A DNA stretch of 64,000 bases, taken from Sphingomonas sp. Its GTDB lineage: Bacteria > Pseudomonadota > Alphaproteobacteria > Sphingomonadales > Sphingomonadaceae. Made by a program: the position numbers and the translations under genes. Within the stretch, counting starts at the first letter, position 1. Every line of letters begins with the position of its first letter. The stretch spans positions 19,715 to 83,714 of the forward strand of contig NZ_JBCNNI010000002.1 in NCBI RefSeq assembly GCF_039594485.1. Reading direction: 5' to 3'. The notes beneath the pieces are model-generated. The model had not been told where the DNA came from, searched no databases, and was given only the letters and a program-made list of their open reading frames with translations. Below, piece by piece: positions 45,056 to 54,922 of this stretch.

Positions 45056-47152
45056 GTGGTGGTAAAGGTGCTGGGGGGTGCGGTGTTGCTGGCCGGGCTG
45101 GCGATGGGCCAGAATGTCGGCGCGCAGACGACGACGCCCTCTTCGGATGCGACGGATAGACCCGGCGATATCATCGTCACGGGCCTGCGCGATGCCAGCG
45201 CCAGCATCACCGGAGCCGACACCTCGCCGCTCCGCTATCCGCAGTCGTTGCGCATCATCGGCCGTCCGTTGATCGATCGACTGGGCGCGACGCGGCTGGA
45301 CGACACGATCGACCTGGCGGGCGGCGTGGCGCGGCAGAACGACTTTGGCGGCCTGTGGGACAAATATGCGATCCGCGGCTTTGCCGGGAACGAGAATAGC
45401 GGCCCGGACGTGCTCATCAACCGCTTCAGCAGCAATCTGGGCTTCAACGCGCCGATCGACACCGCCACGGTCGAACGCTTCGAATTTCTGAAGGGCGCGG
45501 CCGCCGCGCTGTCGGGGCTGGGCGAGCCGGGCGGTTCGCTCAACATCGTGACCAAGGCGCCGACCGCCACCCGCCAGGGCGAAACAACGCTCAGCTATGG
45601 CAGCTGGAACCGGGTGCGCGCGACGGGCGATATCAGCGGCCCCGTGACCGACACGCTCGCCGTGCGGATGATCGGCGTGACGGAGGAGGGCGACAGCTTC
45701 CGCGATCATGTCCATACCGACCGACTTCTGCTCGCGCCCTCGCTGGCCTTCACGCCCAGCCAGGACCTGCGCCTGCTGTACCAGGCCGAGTTCATGCGCA
45801 ACCGCGCGCCGATCGATCGCGGCGTGGCGGCGATCAAGGGCGATGCGCGGGCGATGGACCGCGACACCTTTCTCGGCGAGCCCGCCGATGGCCGGATGAC
45901 GCAGCGGATGGTCTGGCAGCAGGGCAGCCTGTTCGCCGCGCTCAACGACCGGATCTCGCTGGAGGCCGGGCTCTCCAGCCGCGACGGGTTCCTGCGCGGC
46001 TATGCGACGCAGGTCGATTTCGGCGCGCGCGGGGTGCAGGCGGACGGCCGGACCATCGGGCGATCGCGGCGCTATCATGATTTCCGCTGGCAGGATCTGA
46101 CCGGCCGGGTCGAGCTGACCGCCAAGACCGACTGGCTCGGCCTGTCGCACGAGCTTCGCATCGGGGTCGACCGGGTGCGCCATGGCCTGGATTTCCGCAT
46201 GGACCAGGCGCGCGGGCGGCCCGGTGCGCCGATCCTGACCATCGACGCCTTCAACCCCGTCTATGGCCAGCCGCTGCCGGTGCCCGCGCCGTTCCAGGAT
46301 CGCCACCACAGCTTCCGCAGCGAGAGCATCTATGCGCAGGACCTGATCCGCTTTGGCGACGTCACCGCGCTGATCGGTGCGCGCTGGAACAGCTTTCGCG
46401 AGACGATGGTGAACCATGTGCGCGGCGATCTGCGGCTCGACACGGTGGACCGTGGCATCACGCCCCGCGCCGGGCTGACCTGGGCGGCGACGCGGCATGT
46501 GTCGCTGTTCACCAGCTGGGGCCAGTCGCTGCGGCTCAATCCCTCCGACGGGATCAGCAGCTTCGACGCGGAAAAGAGCACGTCGACCGAGATCGGCGCG
46601 AAATATACGCTCTTCGGCGGCGCGCTGACCGGGCAGACCGCGCTGTTCACCATGACCAAGCGCAACGTGCTGAATCCCAATGCCACCGATCCGTTCGTCA
46701 AGACGCAGATCGGGCGTCAGCGGTCGCGCGGGATCGAGACGGTCGCCGACCTGACGCTGGCGAACGGGCTGACCGCGACCGGCACCTATACCTATACCAA
46801 CGCGACGGTGCGCAACGACAAGAACCCGGCGCTGATCGGCACGATGTTGTCCAACGTGCCCCGGCATCTCGCCGCGCTCGACCTGCATCAGCGGATCGGG
46901 GCGGTGACGATCGGCGGCGGGGCCAGCCATGTCGGCGCGCGCAACGGCGATCCCTTCGCCACCGGCTATCGCCTGCCCGCCTATACGATCGTGCGCGCCG
47001 ATGCGACCTGGGCAGTGACTCCGCGCTTCGACATCAGGCTCGACCTCGAGAATCTGTTCGACACCTATTATGTCGCCAGCAGCTATGCCGATGTGTGGAC
47101 GATGCCGGGCACGCCCCGCAATGTGCGGGTGACGTTGCGGGGACGCTTCTGA
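45056..47152 (+). CDS. TonB-dependent siderophore receptor
   Basis: Signal peptide VVVKVLGGAVLLAGLAMGQNVGAQ. TonB box-like DIIVTG. Plug and barrel, with the terminal ...VRVTLRGRF. The GTG start at 45056/45059 is uncertain. Confidence 0.9.
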   Translation: MVVKVLGGAVLLAGLAMGQNVGAQTTTPSSDATDRPGDIIVTGLRDASASITGADTSPLRYPQSLRIIGRPLIDRLGATRLDDTIDLAGGVARQNDFGGLWDKYAIRGFAGNENSGPDVLINRFSSNLGFNAPIDTATVERFEFLKGAAAALSGLGEPGGSLNIVTKAPTATRQGETTLSYGSWNRVRATGDISGPVTDTLAVRMIGVTEEGDSFRDHVHTDRLLLAPSLAFTPSQDLRLLYQAEFMRNRAPIDRGVAAIKGDARAMDRDTFLGEPADGRMTQRMVWQQGSLFAALNDRISLEAGLSSRDGFLRGYATQVDFGARGVQADGRTIGRSRRYHDFRWQDLTGRVELTAKTDWLGLSHELRIGVDRVRHGLDFRMDQARGRPGAPILTIDAFNPVYGQPLPVPAPFQDRHHSFRSESIYAQDLIRFGDVTALIGARWNSFRETMVNHVRGDLRLDTVDRGITPRAGLTWAATRHVSLFTSWGQSLRLNPSDGISSFDAEKSTSTEIGAKYTLFGGALTGQTALFTMTKRNVLNPNATDPFVKTQIGRQRSRGIETVADLTLANGLTATGTYTYTNATVRNDKNPALIGTMLSNVPRHLAALDLHQRIGAVTIGGGASHVGARNGDPFATGYRLPAYTIVRADATWAVTPRFDIRLDLENLFDTYYVASSYADVWTMPGTPRNVRVTLRGRF

Positions 47153-47158
47153 GCGGTA

Positions 47159-47842
47159 TCAGGCGTCCGCCCAGCGCCGCAGGAGATTGTGATAGACCCC
47201 GGTCAGTTCGACCACCGATCGATCGCCCTGGCCCTTCTCGGCCCCGATGCGCTGGATCGCGCGGTCTAGGTCGAACAGGATGCGGCGCTCGCCATCGTCG
47301 CGGACCATCGACTGGATCCACAGGAACGAGGCGACCCGCGTGCCGCGCGTCACCGGCTCGACCCGGTGGAGGCTGGAGGCGGGGTAAAGCACCGCATCGC
47401 CCGCGCCCAGCCTGACCCGCTGTTCGCCGAACAGATCCTCGACCACCAGTTCGCCGCCGTCATAGGCGGCAGGGTCTTCGAGGAAGAGCGTCAGCGACAG
47501 GTCGCTGCGCATGCGGAAGTCGCTGCCGCGCTTCAGCCGCACGGCATTGTCGACATGCACGTCGAACGCCTGCCCGCCCGCATAACGGTTGAACAGCGGC
47601 GGATAGACCTTCAGCGGCAGGGCCGCCGCCACGAACAGCGGCGAACGGCCCAGCGCGTCGAGGACCATCCGCCCCGCCTGGATGGCGGCGGCGGAGTCCT
47701 CGGGCAGTTGCTCGTTGCGCTTGGCAAGCGCGGCCTGCGGACCGGAGGTGGCGTTGCCGTCGGCCCATGCCCCCGCATCGATGACGGAGCGGATCGCCGC
47801 CACGCCGGCGGGATCGAGCACGTTGGGAATCGCGATCAGCAT
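47159..47842 (-). CDS. piuC: Fe(II)/2-oxoglutarate-dependent oxygenase PiuC (PKHD-type hydroxylase)
   Basis: HVDN (HxD) and the distal His in [14 protein letters not shown]. 227 aa. Lies directly downstream of the fiu-like receptor gene. Confidence 0.9.
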   Translation of the reverse strand: MLIAIPNVLDPAGVAAIRSVIDAGAWADGNATSGPQAALAKRNEQLPEDSAAAIQAGRMVLDALGRSPLFVAAALPLKVYPPLFNRYAGGQAFDVHVDNAVRLKRGSDFRMRSDLSLTLFLEDPAAYDGGELVVEDLFGEQRVRLGAGDAVLYPASSLHRVEPVTRGTRVASFLWIQSMVRDDGERRILFDLDRAIQRIGAEKGQGDRSVVELTGVYHNLLRRWADA

Positions 47843-47861
47843 GACGGCAACGCTACCCTGC

Positions 47862-50252
47862 TCAGAAGTTGTAGAACAGGCTGAGCGTCGCCTGTCGCCG
47901 GTCGCCGGGCACCGCCCAGCCGCCGGTGACGATGCCGGTCGTCGCGTTCACATTGTTGCGGACGCCCGTCACATATTTCTCGTCGGTGAAGTTCTGGACG
48001 TTGAGCTGCAAGGTCCAGCGCTGCGCGAGGGTATAGGCCAGGAAGGCGCGGTGGATCAGATAGTCGTTCACCCGGAACTGCACCGGGTTCGCCAGCACCG
48101 GCGCATTGGTCACGAACGCGCCCTGATAGGTCAGGCCATATCCGACCTCCAGGCCGAAGGGCAGCTTGTAGCTGGTGAACAGGCTGCCCGAATGCTTGGG
48201 CGTCTGGAAGAGCTGGGTGCCCGCCTGCGGATCGACCACGCCCGCCGCCTTGTCGCGGTTCAAGATGCTCTGAAGCACCTTGCCGTCGAGATAGGTGTAG
48301 TTGGCGAAGATCGTCCACGCATGGGTGATCGCCCCCGACGCCCCCAGCGCGATGCCGTCCACCCGGCTGCGTCCGTCGAGCACCTGCAGATTGGCGGGCA
48401 GCGAAAGATCGTTGGACGGGACGCGGTAATTGGTCCGCTCATTGCGGAAGACGGCGGCGGTCAGTTCCAGATGGCGGTCGAACAGCCCGGCCTTGATCCC
48501 CGCCTCGTAATTCTTGGCGGTTTCGGGCGCGACGGCGCAGGGATCGGCCGCCGTCGCCGTCGCGGGCACGCCGCAACCCAGCCGGACGGTCGTGGACGAG
48601 GGCGACTTGGCATTGCCATAGCCCGCATAGAGGCTGACATTCTCGACCGGATGGAATACGGCCCCGATCCGCCAGGAGAACAGCCGTTCGCTGCTCACCT
48701 GCGGCCGGGCCTGGAGTGCGGTCAATTGGGTAGAACCCGGCGGCACGACGGTCAGCGGCAGGGCGCGGAAATTGGCGTCCTGCGTTTCCCAGCGCACGCC
48801 GCCGTTCAGTTCGAAGAAGCGGTTCAGCTCCAGCGTGTCGAAGGCATAGACCGCCAGGTTGCGCGTCTCGCTACGCGATTGCGCGGTGGTCGTGAAGTTG
48901 ACCGGCCCGGTATAGTTGGTGTTCGGGCTGGCGATCGAGATCAGGGGCAAGGGCGACACCGCGCTGCCATTCGCATTGCGCAGCAGCGATCCCTGGGTGA
49001 TCCGGTAATTCTCGATCATGCCCGACAGGCCGACATTCAGGACATTGTGCAGGCCGCCCTTGGCCCCCGCCTCATGCCGAAGATCGGTCTGGTTGTAGAG
49101 CATCTGGTTTTCCTGGTTCCGCACCAGGCCGCGCGGGCCGGAGGGCAGATAGAAACCAGCCGGGACGGTGGCGGGGCAAGCCTGACCGATCGTGCTCCCC
49201 GCCGCCGTCGTCACCGGCTGAAGCCCGGTCGAGGCCAGACAGAACGTCCCCTGCGGCGCGGAGGTGACGCTGTTCTGCTTCACCTGTTGCCAGCGGGTCA
49301 GGTTGCGCACGCTCAGGTGATCGTCGATCGCATGGCGGAAGGTCGCGGTCAGCCGGTCGACCGTGATGTCCTGGCGGTCGAGATTGGCGATCCCGAAATA
49401 GGCGCTGCGGCTCGCCCCCGGCACGAAGCCATGGACCATGCCATTGTCGAAATAGGGCACGCCATAGACGGGCGTGTTGCGATCCTCCTGATGGACATAG
49501 GCCAGCGTCAGGCTGGTCGGGCCGTCCATGCCGATCGTCACCGAAGGCGCGATGCCCCAGCGCTCCATCTTCTCGACATCGCGACCGGGCACGTCATTGT
49601 GGTGATAGGCCGCGTTCAGCCGCACCGCGACCAGGTCAGAGGCGCGCACATTGCTGTCGATCGCGCCGCGATAATAATTGTCGGTGCCGACCGAGCCCTG
49701 CATGATGGTCAGCGTCTCGGGCGTCGGCACCTTGGAGACCAGGTTGATCGTGCCGCCGACCGATCCCGATCCGTTGAAGACGCTGTTCGCGCCGTTATAG
49801 ACCTCGACCTGCTGCAGGTTGAACGGGTCGGTGCGGCTATATTGCGCGCTGTCGCGAACGCCGTCGATCGTGACGTCGTTGTTCGCCGAATAGCCGCGCA
49901 GATTGATCGAGTCGCCATAACCGCCGCCGCCTTCGCCCGCGCCGAAGGTGATGCCCGGAATCGTCTGGAGCACGTCGCGCAGCGTCTGGAGATTCTGCTT
50001 TCGGATGGTCTGTTCGCTGACCACGGTGATGGTCTGCGGCGTGTCGAGCAACGGTGATGTCGCCTTGGGGCTTTCCAGCGCTGCGGCGCCCGTGGCGCGC
50101 TGACCCGTGACGATGACGTCGCGCTGCCCGGCCGCGTCCTGCGCGCGGGTCTCGGCGGCCGGATCGACTGGGCGGGCATCCTCTGCCGCCGCGATACCGG
50201 GAGCGGTTGCCAGAAAGCCAACGCACGACAGGGCGATGAACGAATGTGACAT
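47862..50252 (-). CDS. TonB-dependent catecholate-siderophore receptor (Fiu-like)
   Basis: 796 aa. Signal peptide, DVIVTGQR TonB box, plug/barrel, terminal ...LSLFYNF. Paired with piuC. Confidence 0.9.
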   Translation of the reverse strand: MSHSFIALSCVGFLATAPGIAAAEDARPVDPAAETRAQDAAGQRDVIVTGQRATGAAALESPKATSPLLDTPQTITVVSEQTIRKQNLQTLRDVLQTIPGITFGAGEGGGGYGDSINLRGYSANNDVTIDGVRDSAQYSRTDPFNLQQVEVYNGANSVFNGSGSVGGTINLVSKVPTPETLTIMQGSVGTDNYYRGAIDSNVRASDLVAVRLNAAYHHNDVPGRDVEKMERWGIAPSVTIGMDGPTSLTLAYVHQEDRNTPVYGVPYFDNGMVHGFVPGASRSAYFGIANLDRQDITVDRLTATFRHAIDDHLSVRNLTRWQQVKQNSVTSAPQGTFCLASTGLQPVTTAAGSTIGQACPATVPAGFYLPSGPRGLVRNQENQMLYNQTDLRHEAGAKGGLHNVLNVGLSGMIENYRITQGSLLRNANGSAVSPLPLISIASPNTNYTGPVNFTTTAQSRSETRNLAVYAFDTLELNRFFELNGGVRWETQDANFRALPLTVVPPGSTQLTALQARPQVSSERLFSWRIGAVFHPVENVSLYAGYGNAKSPSSTTVRLGCGVPATATAADPCAVAPETAKNYEAGIKAGLFDRHLELTAAVFRNERTNYRVPSNDLSLPANLQVLDGRSRVDGIALGASGAITHAWTIFANYTYLDGKVLQSILNRDKAAGVVDPQAGTQLFQTPKHSGSLFTSYKLPFGLEVGYGLTYQGAFVTNAPVLANPVQFRVNDYLIHRAFLAYTLAQRWTLQLNVQNFTDEKYVTGVRNNVNATTGIVTGGWAVPGDRRQATLSLFYNF

Positions 50253-50306
50253 GATATTTTCCCCTTAAGGGCGCGCTCGCTATTGAGAGACATTCGCACA
50301 GTCAAT

Positions 50307-50325
50307 GAAATTGATAATGCTTCTC
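50307..50325. promoter_or_regulatory. Fur box
   Basis: GAAATTGATAATGCTTCTC matches 13 of 19 positions of GATAATGATAATCATTATC. Lies 55 nt upstream of the fiu-like start in an A/T-rich spacer. Confidence 0.6.
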
Positions 50326-50477
50326 ATGAATATAGCGTCATGAACGACCCTGCTGTGACATGCAGGCTACACAATCCGACGCTAGGCGACCGCGCGGAGG
50401 CTCCGGGATGGAGCGGGTGGCGGGATGATCGGCGGGACGGACGGTGACGGAGGACGGCGCGCGAAGGAGCCGGGCAG

Positions 50478-53030
50478 ATGACGCTCGCCCTCGCGCTGCC
50501 GCTCGCCTCGGCCGGACAGGTCGATCCGCTGCTCGATATCGATCTGCCCGCCGGGACGGCGGCGGCGGGACTGGACCGGCTCGCTCGTCAGGCGGGGCAG
50601 GCGCTGGTCGTGCGGCCGGGCGATCTGGCGGGGCGGCGCATCCCCGCGCTGCGCGGCCGGATGCGATTGTCGCAGGCGCTGGGGCGATGGTGCAGCGCCG
50701 CCGGCCTGTCCTGCCGCCGGATGCCGGGCGGGATCGTCGTGCGCGCGAGCAAGCTCGGTGAGGAGATAAGCGACCGCCCCCTCGTCTCGCCCGCTCGCCA
50801 TGCCACTCCCCTGCCGCCGGTCATCGGCGCAGACGTCGTCGTCACCGGACGGCGCGGGGTCAGCGTGCAGGACGAACTGGACCGCAGCTATTCCGCATCG
50901 CATCTCGGCCCCGTCGAACTGGCCCGCCGCGCGCCGCAGAGCATGGCCGAGCTGCTCACCGGCCTGCCCGGACTGTGGGTCGATACTTCGGCCGGGGTGG
51001 CGGCCAACACCATCCGCGTGCGCGGCATTCCGCTCGACGGCTATCAGGCGATCGCGGTGCAGGAGGATGGTCTGCCGGTGCAGCATGATACCCTGCCCTG
51101 GACCGATATCGACCAGTTCGTCCGCCCCGACCTGATGATCGAGTCGGTGGACTATGTGCGTGGCGGGCCCTCGGCGATCTTCGCCAGCAATGCGCCGGGT
51201 GGCGTGCTCAACATGCGCACCCGCGCCCCCGCCGCAAACCCGGCGGCACGGCTGCGCGCCACCCTGACCGACTATGGCCTGATCCGCTGGGAAGGCTATG
51301 CCACCGGCCCGATCGCCCCCGGATGGCGGGTGATCGGCGGCGGCATGGTCGCCCGCGATCCGAGCGTGCGGCGGATCGCCTCCACCCTCGGCGGCGGGCA
51401 AATGCGGCTGCGGGTCGATCATGACATGGGTGGCGGCGGGCAAGTGACGCTGGCGCTGCATCTACTCGACGATGATACGCTCAACGTCTCGCCCGTTCCG
51501 ATGCGCTATGACCGGGGGCGGCTGAGCCCGCTGCCCGGCTTCGACCCCCGCCGGGGGAGTTTCTTCGGCCCCGATCTGAGAAAGCTGCGCTTCGCCGCGC
51601 TGGGTGACAGGCCGCTGGGGCGCAACAATCGCAACCGGCTGGTAACCCCGGCGCTGGCGATGATCCGTCCGCTGGCCGGGGGTACGCTGACCCTGCGGGC
51701 GCATTACCGCGCGTCGCGGACCGAACGTTATGCGCTGTCCTCCTCGGGCAATGCGGTGTCGGCGGGACAGGCCATGGCGGACGCGCTGCCGCGCCGCCGC
51801 CTTTCCGGGAACGGTCGCGGTCGCGGTCGCGCTGCGCCACGCCGGCGATGGCCGCGATGGCGGCGACCTTGCCGCGCTGCCGGGCATCGACCGGGTGATC
51901 CTGCTCAACCCCGTCGCCGCCGATATCCGGCTGAACGAAGCGGTCGCCGACCTGTCCTATGCCCGCATGGTGGAGGCGGCGGGGCATCACGAGCTGACCA
52001 TCGGGCTCTATGGCGTCGGCTATGACTGGCGCTTCCGCCGCGCCGTCGCCCGTGCGCTGGTCGAGGCGCGGGCGCAGGGGCGGCTGCTCGATCTGCTGGC
52101 GCTGGATGCGGGCGGCCGGGTGATCGGACGGGCGACCGATGGCGGGCTGGTCAGTCGCGGATCGACCTATGAGTCGCTGGACGGACGACAACGCATGATC
52201 GCGCTCTATGCCGCCGATGAATGGCGCTTCGCCGATCACTGGCGGCTGGACTGGGGACTGCGGCACGAGCGCGCGGTGCTGTCCGCCAGGGTCGAGCGTC
52301 CGGCGACCATCGATGGCGGCGCGGCCGAAACCCTCGCCGATGACCGGATCGCGGTGCCGTCCGGGATATGGGACACCCGCCATCGGCATCTCGCGCGCAC
52401 CGCCGCCACGCTGGCGCTGCACTGGCGCGCGGAGGATGGGCTTGGCGCCTTTGTCCGCGCGACGCGGGCGATGCGGCTGCCCGATCCCGGCGTCTTCCGC
52501 ATCGGCAACGGCGATCATCGACAGCTTCTCGCGGCCGGTGAACCTCGCCAAGACCGACCTGTTCGGCATCGAACTGTCGGGCCAGACCGATTTCAAGTTC
52601 CTGCCCGCCCCCTTCGACCGGCTGGGGACGGCGGTGAACGTCACCTATGTCGACTCGCGGCTGGATTATTCGAAAATCTATGCGGGCAGCATGCCGACGA
52701 CGCTGGAGGGGTTGAGCAAGTATAACGCCAACGCCACCCTCTATTATCAGGACAAGGCCTTCGACGCGCGGGTCTCGGCCAATTATCGCAGCGGCTATAT
52801 CTTCAGCGCGTCGCCAGTGCTGACGGCGCTCGGCCCCGATCAGGACGTGACCGGGTTCGAGGGCACCGTCTATGTCGACATGTCGGCGCATTATGCGGTC
52901 ACGAAGAACGTCCAGTTGACGCTGAACGGCACCAACCTGACCAACCAGCGCGAACGGCAATATTCGAACAGCACCAGGCGGCTCTATGTCGTCACCCGCT
53001 CCGGCACGAGGTGTCCGGGTCACCTTCTGA
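50478..53030 (+). pseudogene. FecA-type TonB-dependent transducer (STN domain), split over successive frames
   Basis: STN-like N-terminus (LDIDLPAGTAAAGLDRLARQAGQALVV), then plug and barrel. Protein-like sequence moves from the frame of 50478 to that of 51730 (near 51770-51800). It moves to the frame of 52208 (near 52480-52520), then back to the first frame (near 53000-53007). There it ends ...RGVRVTF-stop, a canonical TBDR C-terminus. Confidence 0.7.
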
Positions 53031-53076
53031 TCCACCTGCCACGCCCGGCCTTGATGTCCCGTACGCGCAGGGTCAC

Positions 53077-53131
53077 AAGGCCGGGACAGCAGGGCCGGGA
53101 CGCAGGGCCGGGACAGCAGGGCCGCAACGTC
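53077..53131. repeat. short tandem repeat, four copies of a 13-14-nt unit
   Basis: AAGGCCGGGACAGC / AGGGCCGGGACGC / AGGGCCGGGACAGC / AGGGCCGCAACGTC. Confidence 0.8.
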
Positions 53132-53233
53132 AGCCCAAGGCCGCGCCGGTCCCGTCCACGGGGTCGGCGCGGTTCTTTTCGATGAGGAATGTCCCCGGAT
53201 GCCTCGCCACCGGCTCTTCTTGGGCGGGACCGA

Positions 53234-53752
53234 ATGACCGAACCGGGCGCCTGGATGGCCGAGGGGCGGGAACGCCTGCTGACCTATGTCCGCCGACGGC
53301 TTCGCGACCCCGAACAGGCGGAGGATGTCGTGCAGGAAGCGATCATGCGCGTGATCGAACAGGAGCGCAAACAGGTGATCGAACAGCCGCTCGCCTATGC
53401 CTTCCGGGTCGCGGACTCGGTCATCCACAATCGCGGGCGAGAGCGGGGATGGGCCCGCGCCACCGATCATGCATCGGTCGATCCCGACATTGCCTGCGCG
53501 ATGCCGCTGGCCGACGAGGTGCTCGACTATCGCCAGCGTTTCGACCGGTTCCGCACCGCGCTGTCGCGCCTGCCCGCCCAGCGCCGCGCGGTCTTTGTCG
53601 AGCGGCATCTGGAGGGCAAGTCGCGACAGCAGATCGCCGAGGAGATGGAGATCAGCGTCGAGGCGGTGAAGAAGCATCTGGCCCGCGCCATGGTCGATCT
53701 GGCGGGGTGTATCGACGACCTGTCGCTGCGTCGGAGCGTCACGCATGACTGA
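53234..53752 (+). CDS. ECF (sigma-70 family) sigma factor, FecI-like
   Basis: Region 2 (EDVVQEAIMRV) and region 4 HTH (RRAVFVERHLEGKSRQQIAEEMEISVEAVKKHLARA). An alternative start lies at 53189. The stop overlaps the fecR-like ATG. Confidence 0.85.
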   Translation: MTEPGAWMAEGRERLLTYVRRRLRDPEQAEDVVQEAIMRVIEQERKQVIEQPLAYAFRVADSVIHNRGRERGWARATDHASVDPDIACAMPLADEVLDYRQRFDRFRTALSRLPAQRRAVFVERHLEGKSRQQIAEEMEISVEAVKKHLARAMVDLAGCIDDLSLRRSVTHD

Positions 53753-54760
53753 TCCCGCCGCCCTGACCCGGATGGAGGAGGCCGCCGACTGGGCCGACCG
53801 GCTCGACACCCTCTCCCCCGATGAGCGCATCGCGCTGGCCGACTGGTTGCGCGGTGATGCGGAGAACCGCGCGGCCCTGGGGCGGATGGTACGATTGCTC
53901 GGCGATCCCGCGCTGTTCGACATGGTGGAACAGGCGCAGCGCGACGTGCCCGCTGCTGCGTCTCCCCCACCCCGCGTCCGCGCCTTCGCCGCTGGGCGGC
54001 CGCCGCCCGACCGATCCGACGACGGCTGGGTGTGGGAATCGCCGCGGCACTGGCCGCCGCCATCGCCACGCCGTTGCTGTGGCGGGCGAGCCGTCCCGAC
54101 GACCGCATCGTCGCGCAAAGCTATGCCAGCGCCACCGGGCAGCAACGTCGTTTCGCCCTGCCCGACGGATCGGACATGGCGCTCGATGCCGCATCCGGCG
54201 TCGCCATCGCCTTTTCGGATACCGCCCGCGACCTGGCCCTGACCCGGGGGGCCGCGCGGTTCGAGGTGCGCCATGATGCCGCCCGCCCCTTCGCCGTCTC
54301 CACGCCCGATGGGCAGATGGTGGCGCTCGGTACCAATTTCAGCGTCGATCGCGGCGTGGGGCGCAGCGAACTCCGCGTATTCCGCGGGCGCGTCCGCCTG
54401 ACCGTGCCCGGCCAGCCCCCCGTCGTGGTGACCGCCGGACATTGGGCGGAGGCCGGTTCGGACCGCATCCTGCTGCACCGCTTCGATCCGGCCAGCTATG
54501 AGGGGTGGCAGGACCATTGGCTGTCGGGTGATCGCATCCGCCTGGGCGATGCCGTCGCCCGGCTGGGCCGCTACAGCCCGCATCCCGTGCAGCTGACCGA
54601 CCACGCCCTCGCGGACCTGCGGTTCGACGGGCGATTCCGGCTCGACACCCCGGTCCAGAGCCTGACGCTGATCGCCGCCCTGTTCGATCTGTCGGTCGAG
54701 GATGACGGCCGGTCGATTCGCCTGACGCGCCGACACCCGACCGGGCCAAAGAGACCATAA
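53745..54760 (+). pseudogene. FecR-like anti-sigma factor, apparently frameshifted
   Basis: The N-terminal anti-sigma domain (EEAADWADRLDTLSPDERIALADWLRGDAENRAAL) is in the frame of 53745. The TM helix (GIAAALAAAIATPLLW) and periplasmic FecR domain are in the frame of 54032. The switch must occur between about 53950 and 54030, near a C-rich run. Confidence 0.65.
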
Positions 54761-54786
54761 TGAGCATGTCGCGCAGAAAATTAAAT

Positions 54787-54844
54787 CGTCATGACAATGG
54801 CGTCATGATCAATTGAATCCGAAACTGCCCATTATGATCATGAC
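54787..54844. promoter_or_regulatory. three TCATGA-core palindromic sites in an A/T-rich spacer
   Basis: CGTCATGA (54787-54794), CGTCATGA (54801-54808) and GATCATGAC (54836-54844), upstream of the HD-GYP gene. Confidence 0.35.
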
Positions 54845-54922
54845 TTAGCATAGCCCACCCCTCTCCCGACACCATCGCGACCGCAACGAAGCCTTTACTG
54901 CATCTCGGCTACGGATGCTGGC

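Noticed and set aside
44990-50057. Long ORFs 44990..46930 (-) and 47682..50057 (+)
   Set aside because: Both are antisense to well-supported TonB-dependent receptor and piuC genes. They are shadow ORFs.
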